From positions 1 to 52,275 of the forward strand of contig JBGSZV010000258.1 in the NCBI GenBank assembly GCA_041750235.1: a DNA stretch of 52,275 nt, written 5' to 3'. A program made the position numbers and the translations under genes. The notes beneath the pieces are model-generated. The model was given only the letters and a program-made list of their open reading frames with translations. It ran no database searches and had not been told where the DNA came from. Origin of the DNA: Phycisphaerales bacterium. GTDB taxonomy: Bacteria > Planctomycetota > Phycisphaerae > Phycisphaerales > UBA1924. Each line of letters starts with the position of its first letter. Positions within the stretch are counted from its first letter, which is position 1. This document shows positions 18,597 through 27,277 of the stretch, piece by piece.

Positions 18597-19016
18597 ATGC
18601 GCGCTATCTCGGCTTGTCGACAACTGTTCGTACTTTCACTCTGCGCGATCGCCACTTCTAGCGTCACGGGCTGTTGCGCACGCAAAGTCAGCTTCGCACT
18701 GGGTGCGGACGTGACCACCGGCCAGTTGGAAGGCAAGGTAGACATTGAACTGCGAAGTGATGCAGAGTGTCGCGCGTACAAGATCATGGCGCAGGCAATG
18801 GATGCCTTCGCGATCGAAGTCAACAAATGTTTGACGGTGCCCGACCCGCTTAAGTGTCGTGAGATCGCGACCACGAACTATAAGGCCACCGCCGACATCA
18901 TGTACCAAGAGCTTCAACGACTTCAAGGCCTACGCGGATTCGATGTTCAAGCGAAAGATGTGCTTGCCGAGCTGACCCGGCTGCGGGATCGGTATCTGGC
19001 TTCGATCGGCCGGTAA
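18597..19016 (+). CDS. Small Cys-containing lipoprotein, hypothetical
   Basis: Signal peptide with lipobox SSVTGC. GGAGG SD 5 nt upstream. A/T-richer codon usage than flanking genes. Confidence 0.5.
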   Translation: MRAISACRQLFVLSLCAIATSSVTGCCARKVSFALGADVTTGQLEGKVDIELRSDAECRAYKIMAQAMDAFAIEVNKCLTVPDPLKCREIATTNYKATADIMYQELQRLQGLRGFDVQAKDVLAELTRLRDRYLASIGR

Positions 19017-19067
19017 ACACACCACAGCGCAATCGTGTCTGGTGGATCCACATGACTGGGAGGCGGA

Positions 19068-22004
19068 ATGCTGCGCGCACGATCGAGACATCGATACATC
19101 GTTGTCCTCATAGCTCTTTGCGCTGCGGGGTGCGCGACTTCTCCGTCCCCCACCCGACCGATGTCACAGTCTGATCCGCTGCCTTCGTCAGACCCCGATG
19201 ACTTTCTGATTGAACTGGGCCATTTGCTAGCAGCCCATGCAAGCGACGAGACCGCAACTATCGATTCACTGGCGGAGGGATGCCCTGCGAGCGCGGAGCC
19301 GGCAAGCGAACTCACGGGCACTTCTGCCGCCACCCAGACCGCAGAACTCACGCTCGAGCAGTTGGCTATCGCTGAAGGCTTCGTCGATCGCCTCGTTCAG
19401 ATCTCTGGCCAACGCAAACTTGGGCGTGTCTCAGCCAACGGCCTCCCGCCTTCAGAGCTTTACGATGCCGGAGTTGATGCTGGCTTGCCGACGCTTGCAG
19501 CACTCTGGTGCACAGCACGAACGGTTCATTCGGTTGCGCTTGTCTCTAGTCCAGCGTACTGGAAGGCGATCGCGCTGACGTGCGAGTCAGCCAGACTGCC
19601 AGAACACGCTGCGGAAGCGCTTCGTATCATGGCCGACTGCGATAACGCCGGTTCAATGACAAGCATATATGCACTCCGCAGTGCGGCATTTCAGTATGTT
19701 GACGCTGGCCTGATCCACTTTGGAGAGTCTGCGCTTGCAGCAGCAGTTGAGGCATTCGACCGATTGCCGTCGTCGATGCAGTCGGGCGTTCAGAGAGCTT
19801 CCCTGATGCTTGATGAAGCTAAGATGGACTTTCGCCAAGCCCGCTACGACACGACGATCGAGAAGGCGTCCCGTGCTTTGTCTCACTTGACCGCAACGAG
19901 CGGTTCTGCGGCAGACTTGCCAATCGAGAAACTGATGTTCTCAGCGAAGTCCCTGGCGATGCGCGCTCGGATTCAAATGGCACTCGCTAAATCCGACACT
20001 TCGGAGCTATTGAGCCTTCGCAGCGCCGCACTGCTTGTGGCTAGCGAAGCATCACAGAGTCCGGCTGTACCAGAAGTTGAGCGTCCCGTTCGCGTGCTGG
20101 AACTCTTGAACTCGATTCAACTCATTGACCTCGTCGCTGGCGCATCGGTTGAGCAAGAAGCGGCAGACTTCGCGATGTCGGATCAGACACGCGCTGCCGT
20201 TGAAATCGTCTTGCCCAATCTCGGAGCAGCCGAGCTTGATGCCAAGGCATGCCTGGAGCTGTTCAAGCTGCACGCTCGATCGTTTGATTGGCCCGACGAG
20301 TTGTGGAAGCGGCACACCACTGACCGTCTCCTCGCGTTCGCGTTGCCTCGAAGCACTGACCCAACCTGGAGAAAGATCGGGTACTTGTTCCTAGCGAACC
20401 AGATCGGCGCGGAGGCGACTTCGGGCTTGGGGCTCGTGCGGGATCGAGATCGTCGATTGTACCGCACGACCAACGGCCACGTGCTCGCAGAACTCTTCGT
20501 GGAAGCGAGTGTCGGCACGATCGAGCTCTACCCCAATCAGCGCGATTCGCTCATGGAACTGTCGCTCATGGCAGTGGAGAGAATGCGATCCGCGGGGATC
20601 ACGGAACAGCAGTCCGCCCGGCTGATAGAGAGCGATGCGGAGATCCGTCGCTCGCTCGTGCTGCTGGAGAGATACCACGCATTCTTGGACAACGCTGACT
20701 TCTTGGACTTGCTTAAGGGGACTTCGGACCGCCAACTCGTGCCAAAGAACGTTCTTGAGTATGCGGACCGTCTCAAGCAGCTTGTTGCTGCACGACATGA
20801 TCGCGCTTTGACAGAGCTCCAGTCTACGCTCGGTCCATTGTCCGGATACTTCGCTCGGGAGTTGGACCATCAAACGATTGGTCTCCCAATGAGTGAGCAT
20901 GATGCGTGCCTTGTGCTGTTTGTCGGCGAGCAAATGTTTGTGTCTTGGGTGGTTCAGCCCGGACGACCGGTAAAGTACTCCGTGAATCGAGAGTGGACTG
21001 CAACGGGGGTGCGCAAATGGCGCGACCAAGCTCTGTCGGATCTCCAAGCAGCGCGAAGCTGGTCGGAGCTAGAGCATTCTGTGAATCTCCAGCTGAACCC
21101 ATTTGCTCGCTGGATTCTGTCATCTGTTCCGACTGACGTCGAACGGCTGTATGTGGTGTGCCCGAGCGAGTTATCTGATATTCCGATCGAAGCACTTCCG
21201 CTGGCTTCAGGTCGAAGAGCTGCAGATGTACTGCAGTTGAGCTATGTTCCCAGCCTGCTGTGGCTGTCGAGCATGACCGACGAAGCCACTCGCCGAGAAT
21301 TGGCGTGGCGTTCGGGTGAAACGGGCGCGCTGGTCGTCGCTTCGGCTGAAGGCGTCGACGCACCCGGACGCCACCTCGCGCCGCTGATCGGCATGAGCAC
21401 AGAAGCGTCAGCCGTTGCTACCTCGGTTCGTCGCATCCGTCAGAGTGAACGTACGCGACAGCTCCGCGCGCTGGTAAGCCTCTTGAGCCATTTCAAGGAA
21501 CATATGGCTCCGAACGAGATGTCTGCGTTCGAAATGAGCAAGTTCCGGGAGTTGGCCAGCGCAGCTGGTTTTGTGTACTTGGGAGCTCACGGCGTGAAGA
21601 CTCCGGGCGACGATTTGTTGTCGTTTTTCGGTGTGGCAGACCCGGCTACTCACGAGTATGTGACAGCGGAGTCCATGCTCGACCTTGAGTTGCGATCCAC
21701 GGACCTAGTCCTACTCGCAGCATGTTCGAGCCTCCACGCGGGGTTTGATCAGGCCGAAGAGCCACTCGGGTTGTTCAGGCCGTTCTTGCTCTCCGGTGTG
21801 AGCTCAGTGGTCGGACCGTGCCAGGACGTAATGGAGGCATACGCAGGGCCATTCGTCAGGTCATTCTGCGGTCGGCTGGTTGAACAAGGTAAGACCCGGG
21901 CGTTTCACAGTGTGCGGAATGAAATGTTGCTGAGCGACCGAGTGCCCCCAAAGGAGATTCTGAAATGGCGATTCACCGGCGTGATGGATACCGTCCGTCA
22001 ATGA
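19068..22004 (+). CDS. CHAT-domain (caspase-like) protease with a lipoprotein signal peptide and a long helical-repeat N-terminal region
   Basis: N-terminus MLRARSRHRYIVVLIALCAAGC. C-terminal CHAT His/Cys dyad context (FVYLGAHGV...DLVLLAACSS). 978 aa. Lower GC. Confidence 0.75.
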   Translation: MLRARSRHRYIVVLIALCAAGCATSPSPTRPMSQSDPLPSSDPDDFLIELGHLLAAHASDETATIDSLAEGCPASAEPASELTGTSAATQTAELTLEQLAIAEGFVDRLVQISGQRKLGRVSANGLPPSELYDAGVDAGLPTLAALWCTARTVHSVALVSSPAYWKAIALTCESARLPEHAAEALRIMADCDNAGSMTSIYALRSAAFQYVDAGLIHFGESALAAAVEAFDRLPSSMQSGVQRASLMLDEAKMDFRQARYDTTIEKASRALSHLTATSGSAADLPIEKLMFSAKSLAMRARIQMALAKSDTSELLSLRSAALLVASEASQSPAVPEVERPVRVLELLNSIQLIDLVAGASVEQEAADFAMSDQTRAAVEIVLPNLGAAELDAKACLELFKLHARSFDWPDELWKRHTTDRLLAFALPRSTDPTWRKIGYLFLANQIGAEATSGLGLVRDRDRRLYRTTNGHVLAELFVEASVGTIELYPNQRDSLMELSLMAVERMRSAGITEQQSARLIESDAEIRRSLVLLERYHAFLDNADFLDLLKGTSDRQLVPKNVLEYADRLKQLVAARHDRALTELQSTLGPLSGYFARELDHQTIGLPMSEHDACLVLFVGEQMFVSWVVQPGRPVKYSVNREWTATGVRKWRDQALSDLQAARSWSELEHSVNLQLNPFARWILSSVPTDVERLYVVCPSELSDIPIEALPLASGRRAADVLQLSYVPSLLWLSSMTDEATRRELAWRSGETGALVVASAEGVDAPGRHLAPLIGMSTEASAVATSVRRIRQSERTRQLRALVSLLSHFKEHMAPNEMSAFEMSKFRELASAAGFVYLGAHGVKTPGDDLLSFFGVADPATHEYVTAESMLDLELRSTDLVLLAACSSLHAGFDQAEEPLGLFRPFLLSGVSSVVGPCQDVMEAYAGPFVRSFCGRLVEQGKTRAFHSVRNEMLLSDRVPPKEILKWRFTGVMDTVRQ

Positions 22005-22064
22005 GCAGCCTTCAAGGATCAACCCCGCTGGCCAAGTGTCACGACAAACTGCTCTCACAGTCGG

Positions 22065-22877
22065 CTAGCACCTCGCGCTGCACGGCGTTCCGCGGAGATT
22101 TGCCGGATAGTGAGTACAGGGGAGCGGCGACCCTCGCAGTTCGTGCGCCGACCGGATCTCTCCCTCGTTGCCGCAGAGCTTTCGATAGATGGGAATGCGG
22201 TGTTCGCCCGCCCACTCAGTGAAGTAGTCGGTGAGGAGGTCCAACGCGGCATACGCCAGCTGCGCGTTCGCCGCGATGACTTGCTGCTGCGGCCCCGCGT
22301 CGCCGTACCGGCTCGCCTCCTTGTCCAACAACTCATCCCGCAAGAAGCCCAGGCACCGCATGCAGGGACCGCCGGGTTCAGACAACAGCACTTGCCCGCC
22401 CACCCGATGATGCCCTGAGGCCAGCCGCTTCACGCTCATCCCGATATCAATGAGAGGGATCATGTACCGACGCGCAGCGGCCTCCAGTTGATCCCTCCCC
22501 GCAAATGAGTCGACACAGCTGAAGACCACGTCGCACGATCGCAGCGCCGGGGCTTGGTCACGCCAGTCTGCTTGGTGGACCTCGATCTCCGCGCTGGGCT
22601 GAAGGCCACGAATCAAGCGCGTCATGATCTCTGTCTTGGGCCGTGAGGCTCGAATGTCCTCATCCGTGATGCCGACCAAGCGATGACGATGCACTTCCGA
22701 AACCGGTTTGGGATCGAAGAGCACATAGTGCTGAAATCCATAGTGGGCGAGACCCTGCACGATGTGGGACCCCCCTCCGCTCAGCCCGACGACACCGATT
22801 CGCGCCGACCGCATCGCGGCGCCGAGGCGAGGCTCCAGGAAGCCCTGCCGATTATCCGACTGCGAGATCGCGACCAT
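22065..22877 (-). CDS. ThiF/MoeB-family E1-like adenylyltransferase (BilD-like)
   Basis: Rossmann motif IGVVGLSGGGSHIVQGL, downstream CVDSFAGR and GGPCMRCLGF. Start chosen at the ATG with GGAGG 9 nt upstream (ORF-track start 22913 is also possible). Confidence 0.8.
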   Translation of the reverse strand: MVAISQSDNRQGFLEPRLGAAMRSARIGVVGLSGGGSHIVQGLAHYGFQHYVLFDPKPVSEVHRHRLVGITDEDIRASRPKTEIMTRLIRGLQPSAEIEVHQADWRDQAPALRSCDVVFSCVDSFAGRDQLEAAARRYMIPLIDIGMSVKRLASGHHRVGGQVLLSEPGGPCMRCLGFLRDELLDKEASRYGDAGPQQQVIAANAQLAYAALDLLTDYFTEWAGEHRIPIYRKLCGNEGEIRSAHELRGSPLPCTHYPANLRGTPCSARC

Positions 22878-23442
22878 TGGGAAACACCTCCATCGGGCGA
22901 CCGACGACCACAACGCGACCGTGCGAGGACGGTCGGCTGTGACCGGGTAGCCATACTTGAGCGGTCAAGGAGTCGTCACTGAGGACGATCGCGCCGTGCA
23001 CACCATCGGGTTGCGCCGCCTTCCACGCGTTGACGAGCTTTGGGTAGGACGCCAGATCGACTCGGCTGAATCCGGGCGCTCCCTTTCCATGATGAGCATG
23101 CACGTGAAGCACCCCCACGCCATCGCTGAGAGCACGCTGAATGGTGGAGGTGATCGGAGCCGCCCCGATTCGCGCCCCCACGGTCTTGTCTTCGATGTAG
23201 CCGGATTCAGTGACGGGCTCATAGTCCACGACCAGAATGATCGTTTCGTCGCGCGCCCCCACTCCGCTTCGCGTGTAGAGAAACCCGACTCGTTCATATG
23301 CGACCGGGTGCGGGCGGCTCAGGTCCGCCCGCACCCGGTCCAGAAGCAGCTTCTCGATTCGGAGCACCCAGTTCACCGCGTCACCCCCAAATGCTCGGCG
23401 AAGAGTTCCGCCAGTCGCAGACCTGGCTTCTTGATGCTCCAC
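22852..23442 (-). CDS. JAB/MPN (JAMM) metallopeptidase (BilC-like)
   Basis: Conserved Glu (AYERVGFLY) and HVHAHHGKGAPGFSRVD (HxH-x7-S-x2-D). An alternative GTG start at 23376 forms a GTGA overlap with the E2 stop. Confidence 0.85.
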   Translation of the reverse strand: MEHQEARSATGGTLRRAFGGDAVNWVLRIEKLLLDRVRADLSRPHPVAYERVGFLYTRSGVGARDETIILVVDYEPVTESGYIEDKTVGARIGAAPITSTIQRALSDGVGVLHVHAHHGKGAPGFSRVDLASYPKLVNAWKAAQPDGVHGAIVLSDDSLTAQVWLPGHSRPSSHGRVVVVGRPMEVFPNGRDLAVG

Positions 23443-23720
23443 GAGTACTTTGTCCAGTTGCGGTCCAGACGGTGTTCGCTGGACGGATTCTGGTTCCGAG
23501 ATGATCGAGTGGTGAGTGGATGCGCAAAGAACATCTTGCTGGTGCCGTGGTCTTCTTGACGCCCCGGCTCAAACATGACGTCGCACGCCCCCGGCTGGCA
23601 TCCGTCGCGGAGGGGAAGGGCAGGAAACAGCCAGAACGTCCTGCCGCTCTCCTCGTGCACTTGGAACTTGCCGAACAGGCGGACGACTTCGTCGATTTGG
23701 TCTTGGGGAAAGTTGGTCAT
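23373..23720 (-). CDS. Small E2/UBC-like protein (prokaryotic E2 family, BilB-like), assignment by context and weak motif
   Basis: 115 aa, located between the Ubl and JAB genes. Candidate catalytic Cys in LRDGCQPGACDVMFEP. GAGG SD before ATG 23720. Confidence 0.55.
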   Translation of the reverse strand: MTNFPQDQIDEVVRLFGKFQVHEESGRTFWLFPALPLRDGCQPGACDVMFEPGRQEDHGTSKMFFAHPLTTRSSRNQNPSSEHRLDRNWTKYSWSIKKPGLRLAELFAEHLGVTR

Positions 23721-23728
23721 GGTGCACC

Positions 23729-23977
23729 TCAGGAAGCGCACGCGCTGTCGGGCTGGCTGAGAAACAACTCACGTCCGACGATGTCGACGAACGCGGCGTT
23801 GTCGAGCGGCACCACGCGCCCGTCGATCACCTGGAGCAGCACATCGCACTCGGGCACGCCGAAGATGACCTTGAGCTTTGCCACCAGAGACGGCCCCGAC
23901 GGGATGTCGAAGGGCTTGTTGTTGCAGCTGACGGTGACGGTCGGGCCGGCCGAAACGGGATTCGATGTCGTTGTCAT
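23729..23977 (-). CDS. Single-domain ubiquitin-like beta-grasp protein (BilA-like / multiubiquitin-type), 82 aa
   Basis: First gene of the operon, with GGAGG SD 5 nt before ATG 23977. The pattern VTVSCNNKPFDIPSG...VPECDVLLQVIDGRVVPLDNAAFVDIVGRELF fits a beta-grasp. It ends ...SQPDSACAS with no terminal Gly. Confidence 0.55.
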   Translation of the reverse strand: MTTTSNPVSAGPTVTVSCNNKPFDIPSGPSLVAKLKVIFGVPECDVLLQVIDGRVVPLDNAAFVDIVGRELFLSQPDSACAS

Positions 23978-24162
23978 TGAGACCTCCGGAAGGATTGCGA
24001 AACGCGGAACGCCGGACCACATGGACTGACGTCCCAGAACTGGGGCAGTTTTGCCGTGAGAACCCGTACTGTCAATAGCGCTGACATGGAATTCTGTGGT
24101 TTTTGCTGACCACGGATGCCAGCCTCATTGACCTTCCGCATCCGCCGGTTTACCGTTCAAGC
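23978..24162. promoter_or_regulatory. Divergent promoter/operator region between the Ubl operon and the XRE-ImmA genes
   Basis: 185-nt gap between divergent starts. Short inverted repeats TGTCA-N7-TGACA (24070-24086) and GTGGT-N8-ACCAC (24096-24113). Confidence 0.45.
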
Positions 24163-24534
24163 ATGGCCAAACCCCTAGCAGTAGACGTCCACGAACGAGA
24201 CCTCTACACCCAAATAGGGGCCCGAATCCGAAAGCTGCGTGAGGAAGCCAAGCTCTCTCAAGAGCAGCTCGCCCAGGGTGTGGGCCTGACGCGGACGTCG
24301 ATCACCAACGTTGAGCAGGGCAAGCAGAAGATGCTGCTCCACACTTTCGTGGAGATCGCTCACCAGCTATCCGTGGACCCAGCAGAAATGCTTCGCCCCG
24401 CAGTCGGTCCTCCATCCACGGCTGCCGTGCCGCGGGACGCGATCCCGTCCGGCCTGCCAGCCAAGGAGCGCGAGTTCATCGAACGCGGACTCGCCGTGGC
24501 GTCCAAGCGCACTCGGACCCCAGCCCGAAGCTAA
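24163..24534 (+). CDS. XRE-family HTH transcriptional regulator (CapH-like)
   Basis: IGARIRKLREEAKLSQEQLAQGVGLTRTSITNVEQGKQ is a classic Cro/C1 HTH. Confidence 0.8.
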   Translation: MAKPLAVDVHERDLYTQIGARIRKLREEAKLSQEQLAQGVGLTRTSITNVEQGKQKMLLHTFVEIAHQLSVDPAEMLRPAVGPPSTAAVPRDAIPSGLPAKEREFIERGLAVASKRTRTPARS

Positions 24535-24537
24535 GCC

Positions 24538-25074
24538 ATGCCCGCCAGTCGCCAGCAAATTCAGGACTTGGCGACCAACTTGCTCGCCGAGTGCGGAGTG
24601 GATCGCCTCCCGGTCCCGGTAGAAGCCATCGCGCGGCGGTGTGGAGCCGTCGTGGTGCAGGTCGACGCCGATGACGAACTATCCGGCTTCTTGATGAGAC
24701 GCCCTGCTGCAGAGGGAAATCTGATCGGTGTCAACCGGGCGCACCACCCCCTTCGCCGGCGCTTCACTGTCGCCCACGAACTTGGGCACATGCTGCTGCA
24801 CACCCAGGAACCCCTGCACGTTGACCGCCAGACCGGGGTCTTCCTTCGGAACCACGTGTCATCCGCAGGCGTGGAGCGGAACGAGACCGAGGCGAACCTC
24901 TTCGCAGCAGAACTCCTCATGCCGAAGGAATGGGTGCTCCAACACTTCGCCCAGCGAAGAGACCCTCAGGTGGTCGAAGATGCCGAACTTCGAGAGTTGG
25001 CCAAGCGGTTCGGCGTGAGCCAGCAGGCGATGACCATTCGCCTCGCCAACCTCGGGGCGATTAGCCTCGGCTGA
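24538..25074 (+). CDS. ImmA/IrrE-family zinc metallopeptidase (CapP-like)
   Basis: HELGHMLLH (HExxH) motif, followed by the conserved E...ANLFAAELLMP segment. Lies 3 nt after the XRE stop. Confidence 0.85.
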   Translation: MPASRQQIQDLATNLLAECGVDRLPVPVEAIARRCGAVVVQVDADDELSGFLMRRPAAEGNLIGVNRAHHPLRRRFTVAHELGHMLLHTQEPLHVDRQTGVFLRNHVSSAGVERNETEANLFAAELLMPKEWVLQHFAQRRDPQVVEDAELRELAKRFGVSQQAMTIRLANLGAISLG

Positions 25075-25204
25075 GGCAATTGGGCCTGTCACCATTCGCT
25101 CGACCGCCAAGCCGCAAGTATTTGACGTTTCTATACTTACGGCGATTGGCAGACACCAAAAGGGTGACACAACCGCCACCGAAATATCCTCGTCCGCCTA
25201 TGAT

Positions 25205-25281
25205 CGTGGGGTCACTTTCCCTCACAAGATACGCACCACATCCCGCCACCGCGGGATGTCGTATCTGCGCGCCAATCGTGC
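25205..25281 (+). repeat. Direct repeat copy R2: duplicated tRNA-Glu 3' end (cgtggggtca), 12-nt spacer, 40-nt hairpin (25227-25266)
   Basis: The 10-mer is identical to tRNA positions 263-272. Hairpin AGATACG..ATCCCGC-cacc-GCGGGAT..CGTATCT. Right flank contains caatcg. Confidence 0.85.
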
Positions 25282-25294
25282 TTGCCGCTCGAGA

Positions 25295-27118
25295 TTAGCC
25301 ACAGCTTGATCCGAACACGCTGAGCATGACCGACAGGTCCGCGCCGTTCACGAATCCGTCGCCGTTGATATCGGCGCCCGAGCCCGGATCAACGGATGAA
25401 CCGAACTGCGACAGCAGCACCGAAAGGTCTGCCCCGTTGATCAACTGATCGCCGTTGACATCGCCGGCGCAGTAGGGAGGAACCACGAGTTCTGCCGTCG
25501 CCATCAGGATCGGCGCTCCACGCCCGGTCCGCGACCACAGATCGTGCAGGACCTCGCCCCAGTTGTCGCTGACGTTGTTGTTCCGCAGCTCCTCGATGTA
25601 GTGCTTCGGCGTGTTCTGGTAGTACACGTTCGCCACCGCGCGCACGGCACCCGCGGGGACCGAGTAATTCACGTCCGCCCAGTACTGCCCGTCGGCATAG
25701 GTCGCCCCCACCACCGGCGCGCCGCCCGCGATGTACCGCGCGTTGTTGAAACCCCTCGGCGGGATGCGGTTGTCCTTGACGATGGTGTCGGCGAGCGACA
25801 TGTGGCCCGTCGGACCCGCGGGAAGTCCGGTCACGCCCGCCGCATAATCGCTCAATCCCACGTGCATCTCAAACACCGTCGTCGATGCTTCATCGAGTTC
25901 CGCGGTCGTATCGTCGTACGCTCCTCGCTCGGCGATCAGCGCATCGGACGCATCAAAGTACTTCACGTTCACCCACACACGCCGCCCTTCGATGTGACCG
26001 GTCGGCAGTTTGTGACCACTCTCGTTCACGACCCGCACCCGCAGGTTCAGTCCCAGTCGCGCCAGCGACAGCGACGCCGCCCGCTGCAGCATGCTCACCG
26101 CCTTGGCACGCCCGGCGGCAATATCCGCCTGATTCACATTCGGATCGTCCTGCGTGTACTCCGCGATCAAGTCCAGCACCTGCGCGGCAGCGCCCGAGAA
26201 ATCGTGCCGCTTGATGTCCGGGCGCGTCGGCCCGAAGAAGCAGCCCTTGCCCTCCACCGTCGGCATGTGGCAGTCCTGACACGTGCTCACCGTCGTCAGA
26301 GAGCCGCCGAACCGCCCATCCATGTTGACCCCGCCGTTCGCAAATGCGCTGAGCTTCCACTCTGTGTACGTACGCTCCAGTGGGAACTGCGCCCAAGGGT
26401 CGGGATTCGGGTTGCTCTCGTCGATCGTGTTGTAGCGGTACGTCCCGTCTGGCTGCTTGGTCGTCGCGACATTTCCCACATCGTGGCACGTGCCGCACAT
26501 GTCGCCGCTTCGCATGAACGCTGAGGCAATCGTGGTGTGACCCGACGACGCATCCGTGTACGGCCCGCGCCGCGTCCCGGACGGGTCAAGCACGAACATC
26601 GCGTTCCCGAAGAACCCCGGGATATCCGCCAATTGGCTCAGAATGGTTTGATCCACCGCGGGGCTGATGCCCGGCTTGTACACGGGATCGACCATGCTGT
26701 GACAGAAGTGGCAGTTCACGCCGTCGCGATCGACCGCGTCCAGTGTGCTGCCGTCGGCCTGGTTCGCATGCCCGGTCACGATGGCCATCGGAACGTGGCA
26801 CCGCAGGCAGTAATACCCGACGTTGTCCACGTCCTGATTGGCGGTGCTCATCTGCGCAAAGAACAGCGGATCGCGCCCCGCCTGGCCCATCAGGCTGCCG
26901 TTCCAGCTGCTGAAGGGTTCGGAGTTCGCGTCGAAGTTGCCGTGGCACATGCTGCAGTTGTTGGACGTGGTGATCGCGCTGGGCGACACGTCCCCTACCT
27001 GCGTGCCGGGAACGTGGAAGTCCTCAAGTGTCATCGGGATGGGCGAGGCAGTTGCGCCCGCGAAAGCCAAGAGCACGGTTCCGGTGCCGCACAGTCGGAC
27101 GAGGGACGCGGATCGCAT
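25295..27118 (-). CDS. Secreted pentaheme c-type cytochrome with a C-terminal dockerin-like repeat pair
   Basis: Five CxxCH sites (CSMCH, CLRCH, CHFCH, CGTCH, CQDCH), an N-terminal signal peptide, and a C-terminus DVNGDQLINGADLSVLLSQFGS / DINGDGFVNGADLSVMLSVFGS. AAGGAG SD. Confidence 0.8.
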   Translation of the reverse strand: MRSASLVRLCGTGTVLLAFAGATASPIPMTLEDFHVPGTQVGDVSPSAITTSNNCSMCHGNFDANSEPFSSWNGSLMGQAGRDPLFFAQMSTANQDVDNVGYYCLRCHVPMAIVTGHANQADGSTLDAVDRDGVNCHFCHSMVDPVYKPGISPAVDQTILSQLADIPGFFGNAMFVLDPSGTRRGPYTDASSGHTTIASAFMRSGDMCGTCHDVGNVATTKQPDGTYRYNTIDESNPNPDPWAQFPLERTYTEWKLSAFANGGVNMDGRFGGSLTTVSTCQDCHMPTVEGKGCFFGPTRPDIKRHDFSGAAAQVLDLIAEYTQDDPNVNQADIAAGRAKAVSMLQRAASLSLARLGLNLRVRVVNESGHKLPTGHIEGRRVWVNVKYFDASDALIAERGAYDDTTAELDEASTTVFEMHVGLSDYAAGVTGLPAGPTGHMSLADTIVKDNRIPPRGFNNARYIAGGAPVVGATYADGQYWADVNYSVPAGAVRAVANVYYQNTPKHYIEELRNNNVSDNWGEVLHDLWSRTGRGAPILMATAELVVPPYCAGDVNGDQLINGADLSVLLSQFGSSVDPGSGADINGDGFVNGADLSVMLSVFGSSCG

Positions 27119-27277
27119 CGGATGACTCCTTCTTGAACTGGACTGTATTTCTGGACCTTTATATCCATTGTTAGCCTACCCAGTATCGGCATGCGGTCAA
27201 GTAAGGTCTTTATTCTTGCCGACCGTTTTAGTGGATATTGACATCCAGTTTTTAAGCCGTAGTCTCAACCCGGAGGC

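Larger units (their letters stand above)
273..25204. mobile_element. Putative integrated genomic island 1 (about 24.9 kb) at tRNA-Glu, carrying a large serine recombinase at its left edge
   Basis: Bounded by R1 and R2, which share the 10-mer tRNA 3' end, the spacer and the hairpin. The recombinase gene ends 80 nt from the R1 hairpin. Cargo is typical of mobile DNA (ParB-methylase, defence-type operon, XRE/ImmA). Confidence 0.55.

Noticed and set aside
22852-22913. E1 start at 22913, which gives a 62-nt overlap with the JAB gene.
   Set aside because: An internal ATG at 22877 has a GGAGG SD at proper spacing and still precedes the Rossmann motif. The longer form adds a Trp/Arg/Cys-rich, non-conserved-looking peptide. 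It is retained only as an alternative.
19068-23977. CHAT protease as a functional component of the Ubl/E2/JAB/E1 system.
   Set aside because: The genes are convergent rather than co-oriented. The CHAT protein and its partner carry lipoprotein signal peptides and so are exported, while the Ubl machinery is cytoplasmic. Composition also differs. The two are kept as separate observations.
27228-27246. TGGAT-N6-ATCCA inverted repeat in the cytochrome / NapH-like divergent promoter, considered as an FNR/DNR box.
   Set aside because: It does not match TTGAT-N4-ATCAA spacing or sequence. It is a short palindrome in an A/T-rich spacer, with no second copy upstream of nosZ.
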